Of a DNA stretch of 64,000 nt, positions 1 to 12,599 are shown piece by piece (positions within the stretch are counted from its first letter, which is position 1; every line of letters begins with the position of its first letter). A program made the position numbers and the translations under genes. The stretch is from Balanoglossus misakiensis (Eukaryota; Animalia; Hemichordata): the NCBI GenBank assembly GCA_040954595.2, contig CM082577.2:2852001-2916000 (forward strand), written 5' to 3'. A model generated the notes under the pieces. It searched no databases. It was not told the origin of the DNA and saw only the letters and a program-made list of their open reading frames with translations.

Positions 1-356
1 GAATATGTTTTTTTCTGAAAGAGTGACATCAAAGCTACCAAATTATGTAGAAATCAGCTACAACGGATTTCCCCTTTAACCCACAAAGCGACAACATTTT
101 AATGAAGATATTTTGTCCTTGCCGTGAAGTACAACCTTGTCACATATACATATCAAGGTGATGAAATACAAACAACTGACGTAAACCCTGCTATTTCCAA
201 GAACCATGACTCGATAGGGGAAGTGGTTCTGAAGATGTTACGCACGAAATACCCGGTCCTTGGGAGCCATCTATCCCTGCTTTCAATGACACTACACCCC
301 CCGGAATACATTCGGATAGGAATGTGACATAGGGAAGGATTATCACAGATACTTAC

Positions 357-3300
357 GTTGTTACCTTGTCTTTGTGAATCACGGTGCATGCAATGAGATC
401 TCGGTTATCTGAAAAAGTAAGTGTAAGAAAACAAATCGAGGTGAAAAAAACATATATCAAAAACAATCACATCAGTAAACTGATCCTTTTGGACAATTTT
501 CTTTCTACTTCAAATTATGTATCTGGTGTTATTCCATGATGAACCTGCTGTCACTGACACTGTACACATGCCATCTGGTTGCCTAGATACAGGGTTACAT
601 TGGCAGACCTACGTGTAAGCATATTTTATAATGATTGTAATGTACAAATCACAATAATTAACTTGTGAATCCAGATAATTTTTTTTCTTCAAAGTCTTGC
701 AAAAAATACTCCCAGATCTGCTTGCATTTTTATGCTAACATTACGAGACAGGGATGTTGAGCATCTTTATCAATTTTTATTTTCTCCAAATCCTGCAGAA
801 ACGCCTACACGTCTGCCTTCAATTTCCCCTGCAGAGCTAATAGGCACAGCGCGACTTACTAAGATCCAACTTGTCTGCGATCCTGACTAGCTCCTCTTGT
901 TTTGTCAATGGCAGTCTGTTCTCTGCTTCGCCGATCAGCGTCAGCGACAAGTCTCGGAGGAGAAAAAACACCCGTATTGCCTGAAACAAGAACAGAGATT
1001 ATCCAGGTATATAAAAAAGATACAGATTGTCACATCAATCCTCGTTAAGTGCAAGTGACGTGATTACCTTCCCAGGCTGTTCCGAGAACTGAGAAACCCA
1101 TCTTCCAATTTTCCAAGAATACCGGTGGCGTTTACACGGAAAGGGGATTAAAAGGTGATGATAGCCTTTCTAGACAAAAAAAGCGATTTCACTTCTTGCA
1201 AACAGACGCAAGTTGTCACCATTAAATATCAGAGTTAAATTTATACCGAGCTTTTGCACAGCCAGTCATCCCGTTTAACAAATTACATATTATTCTGATG
1301 TTTGCTTTCAAAAATTACATTTCGATAAAGAAGATGACTTCTCATTGATTTAGCTGCACATGATCCCAATTTTAGAAATCAAGGTCAACATTGCTTTATT
1401 ACCACCATGTTTGTTTTGCTTGATTAAAGAATAAATTTATTGTGTGATACCCAATTTATGGCTTACGTTAGTCAAATCCACATAATTTTTTCAATTATTC
1501 CTAATCAAACATATGGCTGTTATCGAGTGTGCTTGTGTATTCAAATGTCACAGTGCTGTCACTGAGAAAAAACACAATATGGTGGCAGGTGTCGTCCGCA
1601 TGCAAATCAGAATATGTGGGTTTTAGAGTGGATATCTCGAAGCAGTGTATGCGTCATCAAACAGATTAATCTGTCCTGTGCCAGACATGATACGGGTAAA
1701 CATGAATGCAAGGGTGGAGGGCTTTGTTGACATCACTGTCTGATGAAGTGGCTGAGTGTCTGATGAGAGTCTAGTGGTGGGCGGATGCGTTGGGTTGGGC
1801 ACTGCGTTTACTCCGCTGTTTATTTTTGAGAAAATATGTATGCAAGGCAAGGCGGGTCTGATAATACAGTAATCAACAGAAACTTAACACAGGTTGATGC
1901 ATTTATTTTCATTGGATGTGTGGCTTTGTTTGCATTGGTTAAAATCTCAGTGGCATTTGTTCTCATAAGACTGTGAACTCTAGAGGGCGCTATTCAGATC
2001 CACACACTACAAGAAATCTGATCAAGTCTCAAAACGCTCAAAAGTATGAATTAATCAGTTCTCTCACAGACTAATAACAAAAATTCTGTACAATGTTAAA
2101 TGTGCTATATTCTTCTCAAAAAATAAATCCATTCAGGTTGTAGGGTTTATCAATCACAGTAGGAAAATCACAGGAATCATAATGGTTACAAGCTTCTTCG
2201 CTTGCTGCAACCTACCCGCCTTGTCCGTTCCAGGTCTCCAGAGGGCAGTCTTTTGGCAAATTCAATGCCAGTGAGGGGAGTCCCGGTTGGCGGCAGTAAA
2301 ATGGATGAGTCCATCATCAGGAACTCAACGTTCAGTGGCCTCATCTACAACAGACAGAGAACAATCAACTGTAGCATCTACCTCGTGTCTCAAAACTTGA
2401 GTTCTCATTGCTTGTCCGATATGACTTTCGTTATCACTGTCAGGTAAAATGAGATTTTTTCAAACATTTACCTGTAAGTTCTTGTACTCATCTTCAAACA
2501 TGTCTAAGAACAACTCGTCACCCTTGTAGAAATTCCTCAACATCAACTTGCTCTCTTCTCGAGCACCCTGAAAGTGAAGTCAAATGTTTGTCATGTTTTA
2601 ATAATGAGCAAGACCTTTAATCAATGAATATAAATATACAAAGTCACTCCAAACTCATGATCAATTCCAAGTCTCTAGTACAAGTTGCAGAGATGTGGTA
2701 CAATGCCCCTTGCTCTGTAGTCGTGGTCATAATGATGAAATAACAATTGTGCAACAAAGTCCTGTTGGCAGTGTGCCCCCTAACAAACACACATGTAATT
2801 TTTAAAATCCTTGAGTCAATTTGATTTCTAAAAATTTCTCTGAATCAGCTGTATACCTTTGCATATACATGTATTGTGGATAATATTTTTAGTCTCTAGT
2901 TAGTTTGTTGAGTCAGTGGCGCTTCATATGGGCTTAGAGGGCACACTGCTTGTCGGCATGGCGACTCACCTCAACGCAAGCCAGATGCATGTCTTCCAGA
3001 AAACACTTTCCATCTCCGTAGACCAGTTCTTTCAACAGAATGATGGCCATCTGCAGAGTAGCTGGTCGGACTCGACTGTTGTACTGACAACTCTGACTCA
3101 TCGTGGTGATCAGTCTTTCAACCAGACTCACATTGTAGTCGTGTTTATCCTAAAGCAAGGAATGTACACAGGTATTTATCATACATGCAATGCCTGTATT
3201 TGCCACTTTCTATTGTTCTCACAGTGAAGATATGAGCCCGTATTTTCACCTAGTGAAAATACAGGATATATTGTCAGTGTGTGGCCTGGAACTATTTTTG

Positions 3301-6300
3301 AGAATGCGCTAAATCATCACACATCCCAGGACTCTGCAGAAGTGGTTTCAAATTCCAGGACTTTTCCGGATATTCAAGAATTGTACGGATTTTCCTAATT
3401 ATATACAGAAGAATCTGTACCCACAGAGAGCTGAGTTTCACAGAAGAGGAATTCCCTCGCCACGTACCTTGAGCACAGAGGTCAACTTGACACTGTCCAG
3501 CAGCTCTGGTCTGATGCCAGGGTTTGTACCCATGGCGTGCAGCAGACACAGCGAAAACAGGGCTTTGTAGTCGCCGTCATTACAGCTCAGAGCATTCAGT
3601 ATGACTCTCCAGTACGGTCTGAAATAACAAACGCAATCAGCTGTGTTAACCCTTTTACTACCATGGATCAGTTCAAACCCGTAATTGTCTATGGTAAGGT
3701 TGGTTGGACTTCTGCTGGTGTATAACCAGTTGCAATGAAGCAAGGAAAACAAAATATTTGTGATAACTGACACAAGGGGGCGCCATTCAAAGTAGGCATT
3801 CCAGCAAGAGAACACTTCTTTGTTTACCTGTCTTTTTGAGGTAGATTTTTGCCTTCTCTGCTGGAAACTCCTAGGGTTTTCTCTTCATCTGTGGAATTCT
3901 GTTCATTGAATGCGTAGAACGTCTGCTCAGCTCCACTACTAGGTGTATCTGAAATCACACAAACTGCACAGTTTTAGTTACCCGCTTTCATAAACAACGC
4001 ACAAAATATCAAAGCAACATTAACAGGGGTAATTTCTGCTGCACCAAACACACCTGGTGAAGTGTCTTGGGCTTTCCCAAGCTCATCCACTGGATGTTCC
4101 TGGGTGACTTCCATTTGTTTGCCAGCAGCGCCTTCGGAATCATCCGATTCTGCCTCCACTCCTTCCTCTTCTGGAGAAGAATCGATCAAGTGCGGAGATG
4201 TCTTCGGTTGTGGATATGGCGACGAGGATGCTTTCGATGCTTCCAGGGATTTTTCCAGAGTTTCCAGTGGCGGCACAAATCCTCTTTTAGCCATCTTATA
4301 AAAAGAAAGTAAGTCCCTATATAATTTCTCAGTGAGTGATTGAGTGAGTGAGTGAGCGAGTGAGTGAGCAAACTTTGTACATTATGAAATTTGAGCAAAG
4401 GGATTATCTCTAGCCATTTATATTTCAGCTTTCAGATTTTGACTAAAAATATACCTATACAAATGGTGGGCAAGGCTAAATTTCTGTCTACCTACCTCAT
4501 TATCGCCGATATCTGTCATCTGCTGAGATACCGTCTCTATATCCCCACTCAGGATGCATTCAGCCAGAGTGTTGATGACTGGGAAGTGTGATAGAATAAG
4601 GAACACCTGCAAAAAAAATTAAGAAAAAAATTAACTGACTGAAAATGGGACTGTCGTCGATGGGCGTGTGTGCATGCGTACTACGTGCGTGCGTGCATGC
4701 GTGTGTGTGTGCACATGCATGTGTTGGGGTAGTTGAAACCAGAAGTAAGAATATCACACCAACTTACCTGAGACAACAGAAACAACGATACCACAGAGTT
4801 TACATGTGGTTTTTCCTCCTATTGAGAGAAAATGAAAATATAAAAATCTGAGAGACAATGCTGACAATAATGAGCTGATGAGAAATACTGGCAGAAATCA
4901 TTCAATAATATAAGCCTGGTGTGTAAGGACTACTGGTAAATTCATCTGGTGTGATTTGCGAGGCTGGGCATCCACACACAGAAACTGAGACAAGATGCAA
5001 GTCTCCTAATATGACAGCCCTAAAAATCACCTACTCACCTGCTGATCATATTTCTTATCCTTGGTCAGCGAGAACACGTAGAGGGGAACCAGCAGCCTGT
5101 TCAACAGCTGGTCCGTCAGTATTTCGTTGAGAGATGATTCTATGTTTAACTGCAGGATGTCGTTCAGGTAGTGGAGATGGTCCAGGTGTTCGGCCACCAG
5201 ATCAGAAAGCCGGTTTCTGCTTTGATGACTGTAACGTACAAGATGAGATGATAAACATTATCGGTTGTGTGTTTTTTTTAACCCTTTCACCCCTAGTTCC
5301 CTCTTTAGAGATCCAACAACCGTACCATTGAAAATAATGGGTTTGGACTGAACCATGGTGGGGGAAAGGGTTAAAAGTCATTCAAGCTGAGGCAGGTTAA
5401 GTTCACTGCCAAGTCTAAATCCACGAATCCAAGCCCACACATTTGTCATTGGATATTGAGAGACCTACTCAGTGTCGTTTCTAACACAGGCGTCCAACTC
5501 CAGGACGTGATTCCCGATGAACCAAACAAGGTTGGAGAAGTAGGGTGCAGCAGTACGGTTCCGTATGTACATCTGCATGGCCTTGTCGTTCACTGGAATG
5601 AAAAGAAGAAAATAATATGCCAGAACTGATAAGTAACCTTGGTAACATTTTCTACACACTACTTGGCTCATCCCCACGAAATCAAAAAGTGGTGTGGGCG
5701 CCAGTGCGAATACTGTGATTGTGTGACTTATCATCACTGACTTACCTTTGTAGACATTGAGTGTGAGTGTCCTGACAGCAATCCGCACCATGCTCTCCGG
5801 ATGGTTGAAAAATTTGATGGCTTCCGTGTACAGGGCGAAATCATTGGTGTGCTGAATTTTGAACAGACCAGGACAAGCGTGAGTTGTGAGTTCAGTTTGA
5901 ACTCAACCAGTTTGCAGATTAATTTGTGAAATTTATTATGCTGAAGGTTTATAAACTTCAAGAATGCATATTTTTTTCTTCCGCAACATATATTCACTAT
6001 AAGATCCTGTTCCACTTGCTTCAATAATGCAAATGGTAAACAGGCTGGCAAAAATATCAAAGAAATAAAAAGTCACCACAGACTAAATCGAGAGTTGATC
6101 TATCACCAAAACTCTCTGTGCTTTGTTTGATTATTTTTCTGTCACAGGTGCTACAGTTTAATAGGCACAGAAAAACAACCACATGACACTGCTTACCTCA
6201 TTATAAAAGAAGTGTATCGTATGAGGGTTCAGTTTCAATGACAGAGTCTTCAAAAATGAAATGTAATAGGCAAGAATCTGTGAATTGAACAGAAAACGGA

Positions 6301-8673
6301 AAAGAAAATAACATTTGTTTAGATTTGAAGGGGCAAATCTAAAAGTTGATTGATTAAGACTAAATTCTGCATGAAAATATCAAAGTTCATGATTTCTATA
6401 ATCTAACCACTTTGACTGAACTTTGCAGGCTGTAAATACCCTGCACAATTTCCTATTGCCATCAACCTCACTTTGTGAGGTGATGCAGGAGCTTATGGTT
6501 GGTGAAAGGGTTAAACCATTGTTTTCAAACGGCAAGGTCGAGTATATCTTCAGGAAAATAGGGTGGATGGAGAAGGCCAGTGCGTAAATGGAAACAACAT
6601 CCTTCCTCCTGTCAGATATGATAAAGGAAGAAACTATTATAACATCACACAGTGTCAAAGGATCTGACTCACCTCTTCATCAGAAAAGTCAAATTTATGT
6701 ACAATGATGCAGTTGACATGATTATTAGACAGTAGGTAATCTGATGAGAGAGAAAAAAACAGAAGAGAGAAAAATGTTAGGGTTGCTACAATGTCACATT
6801 TTCATGCAATGGAACTGTCCTTTACCATTGCCTTTGACATATTATGCCATTATTGTGCTTTGTTAACCCTTTCACCACCATGGTTTGGTCCAAATCCATT
6901 GTTTTCTATGGAAGTGTTGGACCTCTCTAAAGGGAACCAGGGTGAAAGGGTTAATGTGCAGACAGAGACTTATAAACTGTAAGTGTAACACCACCGCAGG
7001 CCTTTTTATGGCAACAGTTAGTGCATTAACCTCATGATACATATTTATGGAGTTGAAATAAAGTTCTGGCTTGCCGGAGTGAGACTGAGAGAACTATTTT
7101 GTTTACCACAAGTGAAACCTTCAAACAGCAGGAAGAGACATAGATCACTGCACTCTCAAGTCAAAACAAGTTTGAATTACAGTGTTTTGAATTCAAATTG
7201 AGTTTTAGAAATATTCAAATAAATTCATTTTAGGCATCAGAAATAAATTGGAAGTTTCTTTCAGGCCGATGCACTGTAATGGGTTGATGCAAATCTAATC
7301 AATAAATCAATCAATCAATCAATCAATTGATTGATTAATCAATCAGATGATACCTTAGCTTACTTTTGGTAGAAGATAGAGTATAAAAGATTTCCGGCAA
7401 TTAATCAAGCAACAAGAATTAACCAGCTAATACAAGCAACAACACACCTGGTATGTAGTAAAATGGTGTAAACTGGAGAATAACTTACACAATGAAGTTT
7501 CATTCCTGATGTTCTCAAACAATATATTCAGGGTTTGTAAAACTTGCACAGTGATATATCGACCTGTTCTCTGTCGCAGGATCCTCAAAAAGAAGGCAAG
7601 CATGTTCTTTTCCAGAAAGAAACTGTAAGCAAGAGAGGAGAGAAAAAGAGTTCACCTTTTGAACTACATGTACTAAATGTCCTTGGCACATCTTCTTGTA
7701 TACTTTTCTTTTAAGATTTAACAGTTCTAAGATGTTATATGTTTGTGTGAATCTTAGACTGAAAACTTGTTCTAGCTGTACAGAACTCAGCTTTGTGGTG
7801 TTTTGGTCACATAACCTTGACCTTTTCACCAGCTTGGTTTGGTCAAAATCTACAGCTTTTTATGGTGAAACTTGACCTCTACAGAATCGCAATCTGCAAA
7901 TTTTCCTTTTCTGAATACTAGTAAGGTGAACACCAGAGTTTAACACTTACTCAAAGACTGTACTGTCATTTTGATCACCCCAGATCAGAATTTCTGAGAT
8001 TGATCTCAACGTCTCCACAAGAAGGCTCTTGTTCTGTTCTGTTATCATCTGGTTCTTGGTCAAGACATGGTACAAAAACCTGGAGAGGGAAAATGTGAAA
8101 ATATACGTTCATATATCAAAGTACATGTACACTCAACATACCTGTTTATGCTCTAGATACCCTTTCTACTATTTCTAGTGATTTTTGGGGGGTCCATATA
8201 CATGTAGAATGGTCAAGTGGGCTTGTCTGTAGTTATATCTCCATGCTGATCATATAGGTACCACAAGATCAAATGTATTTTAGTCAGTGCCTGGTGGTTT
8301 TTTTTGCGTAACAACGGGCATGATCTGCAACAGATCACTCATGACCCGGTCTCACTGTTCACCATAGAATCCCTGCTTGTTGTTGCGACAACATTGCGAT
8401 CGGAAATATCTACCTTGGTCGAGGAGACTGGGTGGTGATTGTGTCAAGCTCCCCCAACTATAGGTGGGGAGGAACTGTGATTTTGTGATCGAAACTTGGC
8501 AAAAATACACGGTATCGCTATATTGATCCATTGAAATTGGTGTACTACCCACATCACACGTAGTACACATACATGTACACATAAAACTGTACTCACTTGA
8601 GATGCTCTAACGAGTGGAGATTTTTCGGCTTCCACACCGCCTGTTGAATCCAGTTTTTACCCTTGGAAAACAT
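357..8673 (-). CDS. CLEC16A: CLEC16A-like endolysosomal/autophagy protein, multi-exon, 3' part continues beyond position 1
   Basis: ATG at 8673. Spliced exons read MFSKGKNWIQQAVWKPKNLHSLEHL (8597-8673), FLYHVLTKNQMITEQNKSLLVETLRSISEILIWGDQNDSTVF (~7951-8080), FFLEKNMLAFFLRILRQ...LQTLNILFENIRNETSL (~7488-7623), YLLSNNHVNCIIVHKFDFSDEE (~6673-6740) and ILAYYISFLKTLSLKLNPHTIHFFYNE (~6197-6277). Later exons read MRPLNVEFLMMDSSILLPPTGTPLTGIEFAKRLP (~2215-2344), AIRVFFLLRDL (~859-981) and NRDLIACTV (~357-408). These match the CLEC16A FPL domain and downstream motifs as I recall them. Confidence 0.95.
3645..3700. mobile_element. Degenerate copy of the TTAA-flanked MITE in a CLEC16A intron
   Basis: ttaacccttttactaccatggatcagttcaaaccc...ctatgg resembles the left part of the element at 6863-6954. 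Confidence 0.5.
5278..5374. mobile_element. Short piggyBac-like MITE (TTAA target site, CCCTTTC terminal inverted repeats)
   Basis: TTAACCCTTTCACC...GGGGAAAGGGTTAA. It aligns end to end with the reverse complement of 6863-6954. Confidence 0.75.
6863..6954. mobile_element. Short piggyBac-like MITE, second copy in opposite orientation
   Basis: TTAACCCTTTCACC...GGTGAAAGGGTTAA: a perfect 14-bp terminal inverted repeat including the TTAA. Confidence 0.8.
7297..7343. repeat. (CAAT)n microsatellite with an inverted (ATTG)n segment
   Basis: aatcaatcaatcaatcaatcaattgattgattaatcaatc. Confidence 0.8.
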
Positions 8674-8769
8674 GATCCTCGTGTATTTTTTTACGACTCT
8701 TTACTGTACAGTCCTTCGCTCGATGTTGTGATTTTCTCAATGGAGTGTAGACGTCATGTCAATTTCAGG

Positions 8770-9075
8770 AGTCGTCGGCCATTTTGTTCACACTGTACTA
8801 CGCCCTCTCAGCCGGCGACACGTGATTGGCTGAGCAGATTGCTCGTCAGCTGGTCAGGTACGTATCATTATATTATAACGGTGATAATGATTATGCATGG
8901 AATCCAAGCGCATGTGAATAGATCATCGCGTCGGTAACATCCCGTTATAACAACATTTGTCAAGCATCATACTGAGTTGACTGCAAGTATGCATTTTTTC
9001 ATGGCTTCCGATTTCGAGGACAGCTGCCGTACGTGCGAGAGTCACTGGGGCCTGGGGCAAGAGAATCACGTGCTA
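8770..9075. promoter_or_regulatory. Probable bidirectional promoter between CLEC16A and threonine aldolase, with E-boxes and a CCAAT box
   Basis: CpG-richer segment between divergent genes. GACACGTGATTGG at ~8817-8829 is an E-box abutting a reverse CCAAT; a second TCACGTG lies at ~9066. A donor-like cag|gtacgt at ~8857 could end a non-coding first exon of the + gene. Confidence 0.5.
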
Positions 9076-9879
9076 CGAACATATTACGATATCGATCACA
9101 AATCCAGATATCTCATGCCAGCGAAGTCGACTAGCTGCTATTTAATTTCAACGCTCTTAATTGTTAAAAATCGGAAGCCATAATATATACAAGTCAGACA
9201 AATGTGGGAAATGTTTTCCATTGTATTTGCATTGCATGAAGGTACCCCTACCACCATGCACCACCTCCACCACCACCACCATGCTATTTGCATTTGCAAT
9301 CAGATGCTGTGGGCCCATTCATCAGGCCCGCTTTGACAATGTGACAAGGGTGATTGTAAATATAAACATGGCATACAATAAAGGTTATATTTACATCCTG
9401 AGTGTACAAACAATTGTGTGAGCACTTGTTATAGAATTACTGAGTGATACTCATGTAATTATTTACCAAACTTACAGATAGATCGAGTTTTAATGACCAC
9501 AAAAAAGACACCTTACTTAGATTTCCAGAATAAGAACCAATCTTTACTTATTTTATGATGTTCAATTTGAGAGATGTTTCTTTTCAGTGAGTTAACTTAA
9601 TCGTCAAATTTTAGAATGAAATTGGTAAAAAAAATCATAAAACTTTCAAGGCATTAAATACTTTTTTTAAAAAGATAAAAAAAGAAAAGCTGAGTATGCT
9701 GAGAATAAAAGGGACATGTCTGTTTCTGCTTTTATTGATAATTCACCTCCATTGTTTAGCTTAATTAGCTGTCATTGACGTCCTGAGATTGGTTGATTTG
9801 TCTATTGTGTGTCTGTCTATCTGTCCATCCGTCTGTCCATCCATCAAGAATTGATTTCTTCTTAAAATCTGCAGGTCAA

Positions 9880-12599
9880 ATGCAAATTATAGCGGAGCTG
9901 TATCGGCCGCTACATCGCTTGTTTCCCAAAATGGCTACTGTTGTTGCCAAGCAACCTAGTGCTCAAAATTACTACACCCATGGGCAACAGAAATCGGCAG
10001 ACGGCAGCGGGAGGGTCATTGACCTGCGAAGTGACACTGTGACAACACCAAATGTAGAAATGAGACAGGTTATGAGCCAAGCTGAAGTTGGCGACGACGT
10101 TTTCAAAGAAGATCCAACAGTAAATGGCAAGTGTCTTTTCAATTTAAGTTCAATTGCCTGCTATCAGATTATTTTCTGAACTTTTGCAATTATTAGTGAT
10201 GTAATTTATGCAAAGTTTCTGTCCCAAATGTGGCAAGTATTGTATTTTTTTATCTTGTTTTGTTTTGTTTCATTTTTAAACAGAGCTGGAGAAAACTGCA
10301 GCTGGTTTATTGGGTAAAGAGGCTGCTTTGTTTGTGCCCTCAGGTACCATGGGTAACCTAATTTCAGGTGACTATAGTTTAATTTTATGCATTGTATCAC
10401 CAATTATAGATCATTACAATGAGATAATTATAGACAAATATGGTACATTGTTTTCCTTGTAGTACACACATCTGCTTAATTTATGGCCATATATCCATGA
10501 CTATTTCCCCAGGATATTCTTGTCAATATTTCAAGTTTCAGGATTAATCACTTTGTAGAATTTCATTCATACAAATTATTCGTTAAAATTGTAAGAATTT
10601 TTTCAGAAGTGGCTATTCCAGGATTTGTGGCAGGTGACTAAAATGTAGTGTGTGTGTTCTTGTTTTGCAGTGATGTGTCACACTACAGGAAGAGGGGACG
10701 AGATGTTGCTAGGCGACAAATCTCACATATTCTACTATGAGCAAGGAGGGTCAGCATTTGTAAGTTGTTCCTTGTAGGCTGTTCCATAAACAGTTTGCAT
10801 CTGATGGCTCAGCCAAGTACGGCTTGTATCTAGTCCTTCTTGTTCAAAGTTGATAAACCTGAATCAACTTCTCGTGTTCCCATCTCCGAAGGAAATCACA
10901 AGGAAACTTTTTTGGCCTTACAGTACATGGTCACTGCTTTTGCTGTGTGTTACAAACCAGATTTCATATTCCCTAGTTGTTGTTTTCGCAGTGAGTGTTT
11001 TCATGTAATATCCAGCTTGCAGGTGTCCACCCAAGAACAGTGGCCAACCTACCAGACGGAACGTTTGACCTCAAAGAAATGGAGGAGAAAATACGAATAG
11101 ACGATTCCCATTATCCCATTACGAAATTAATATGCCTTGAAAATACACACAACAAATGTGGGGGTAGAGCACTCCCTTTGTCGTTCATCAAAGATGTAAG
11201 TGACTCAAAAAAATCATGTTTGTCACAAATTCTCTGTTGGAATAAAATGTTCACATTCAATTTTGTCAAAACGTGAAGTGCATGATCGCGTTTGAGTGTT
11301 TTTGTAAGTATTGAATTCACAGTGGGATTATTGCAGCTTCACGTAAACCTTTATCTCCCCACAAATATTTTTTTGAGAAAACCATACGCAGCTAAGGGGC
11401 AATTCTTTCTCCGAAATCACTTTCAGATTATCCTTGTCCTGTGTGTTCTTTTCAGGTTCGTCGCCTTGCCGACGCCCATGGTCTGAAAGTTCACATGGAC
11501 GGAGCCAGACTTATGAATGCAGCTGTTGCCACAAAAACGAGTGTTGCTGACATACTGCAGTATTGTGACTCTGTCAGTCTTTGCCTTTCAAAAGTATGAT
11601 TTCTGTAACTCACAAATTTGTTTAGATTTGTTTCTTAGTCATTTGACTACTACACATACTTAGTCATGAATCGTACAATGGCAGTAACCAAGTTCTTTCA
11701 CATCCCAGCCTTTTTATTTGAGGACCTGTGTTTTTAACAATTTTTTCTTGTCATGAGTGTAGGGTTTAGGAGCGCCCGTTGGATCTGTCATTGCCGGTTC
11801 ACAAAGCTTCATTACCAGGTAAGAACTGAAACAACAGTTAGGTGTTCTCAGACTCTTCTGACATTTATGATGATTATTGCGTTGTTTCCTTGACAGTCCC
11901 ACAGGATTGGTTAGAATAGCGCCACCGGTGATAGAGTTACACAATATTTTGTTTTTCTCCAGGGCACATCGATGCCGCAAAGCATTGGGCGGAGGAATGA
12001 GACAGGCCGGCATACTGGCAGCGGCAGGGCTGATGGCTTTGGATGCTGGTGTTAAACGATTACACATTGACCATGAAAATGCTAAAATCATGGCCCAGGG
12101 TAGGTGAAGGATTATAGACTTTGTTTCTACAAAAAAGTATGGCTTCATATTAAACCAATAAACCATATACAGGTGTATAGGCATATGTAAATTAGAGGTG
12201 ACTGCAACCTATAAGTGACTCCAGCAATTGACAACTGATGCAAATAAAAACTTCACCTGTATCTCTACAGGCATAGAAAACTTGAACCATCCTCTTCTGT
12301 GCGTGAACGTCGGGCATACTGAGACCAACATGGTGTACCTGACTGTCTGCGACGTTCCCGCGGCGACGGTGGCCGAGGCGATGAACCAGGTCACCGAGGA
12401 AGAGCGGCGGGAGCTCGGGGAAGGCCTCCGGATCAGGATGCTGCCGGTGGCACCCCAGCTGATCAGAATCGTCACGCACAATCAGATCACCACGGAGCAA
12501 GTGCATGCGACGGTGCGAAAGTTCGAGCACGTGGCAAATCGACTCCAGAAAGACTTGGCCGAGGCCAGCAGGGCCAAGCGGCGCAAACTCGAGACTTGA
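9880..12599 (+). CDS. THA1: Low-specificity L-threonine aldolase (PLP-dependent, beta-eliminating lyase family), 8 coding exons
   Basis: Motifs in order: IDLRSDTVT...[62 protein letters not shown]|GLGAPVGS (PLP lysine) and [12 protein letters not shown]. Stop at 12599. Start ATG is either 9880 or 9931. Confidence 0.95.
10127..10283 (+). other. Non-canonical GC-AG intron in threonine aldolase
   Basis: ...GTA AAT G|gcaagt ... ttttaaacag|AG CTG GAG restores DPTVN-E-LEK. The nearby GT donor (gtaaat) would shift the frame. Confidence 0.75.

Noticed and set aside
1623-1850. 75-aa Pro/Thr-rich minus-strand ORF inside a CLEC16A intron
   Set aside because: No recognisable homology. Reading from the nearest acceptor in the phase of the host intron hits a stop quickly.
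4645-4851. ORF with a CVCACV-like Cys-rich stretch
   Set aside because: It is a translation of a (TG/CGTG)n microsatellite antisense to a CLEC16A intron.
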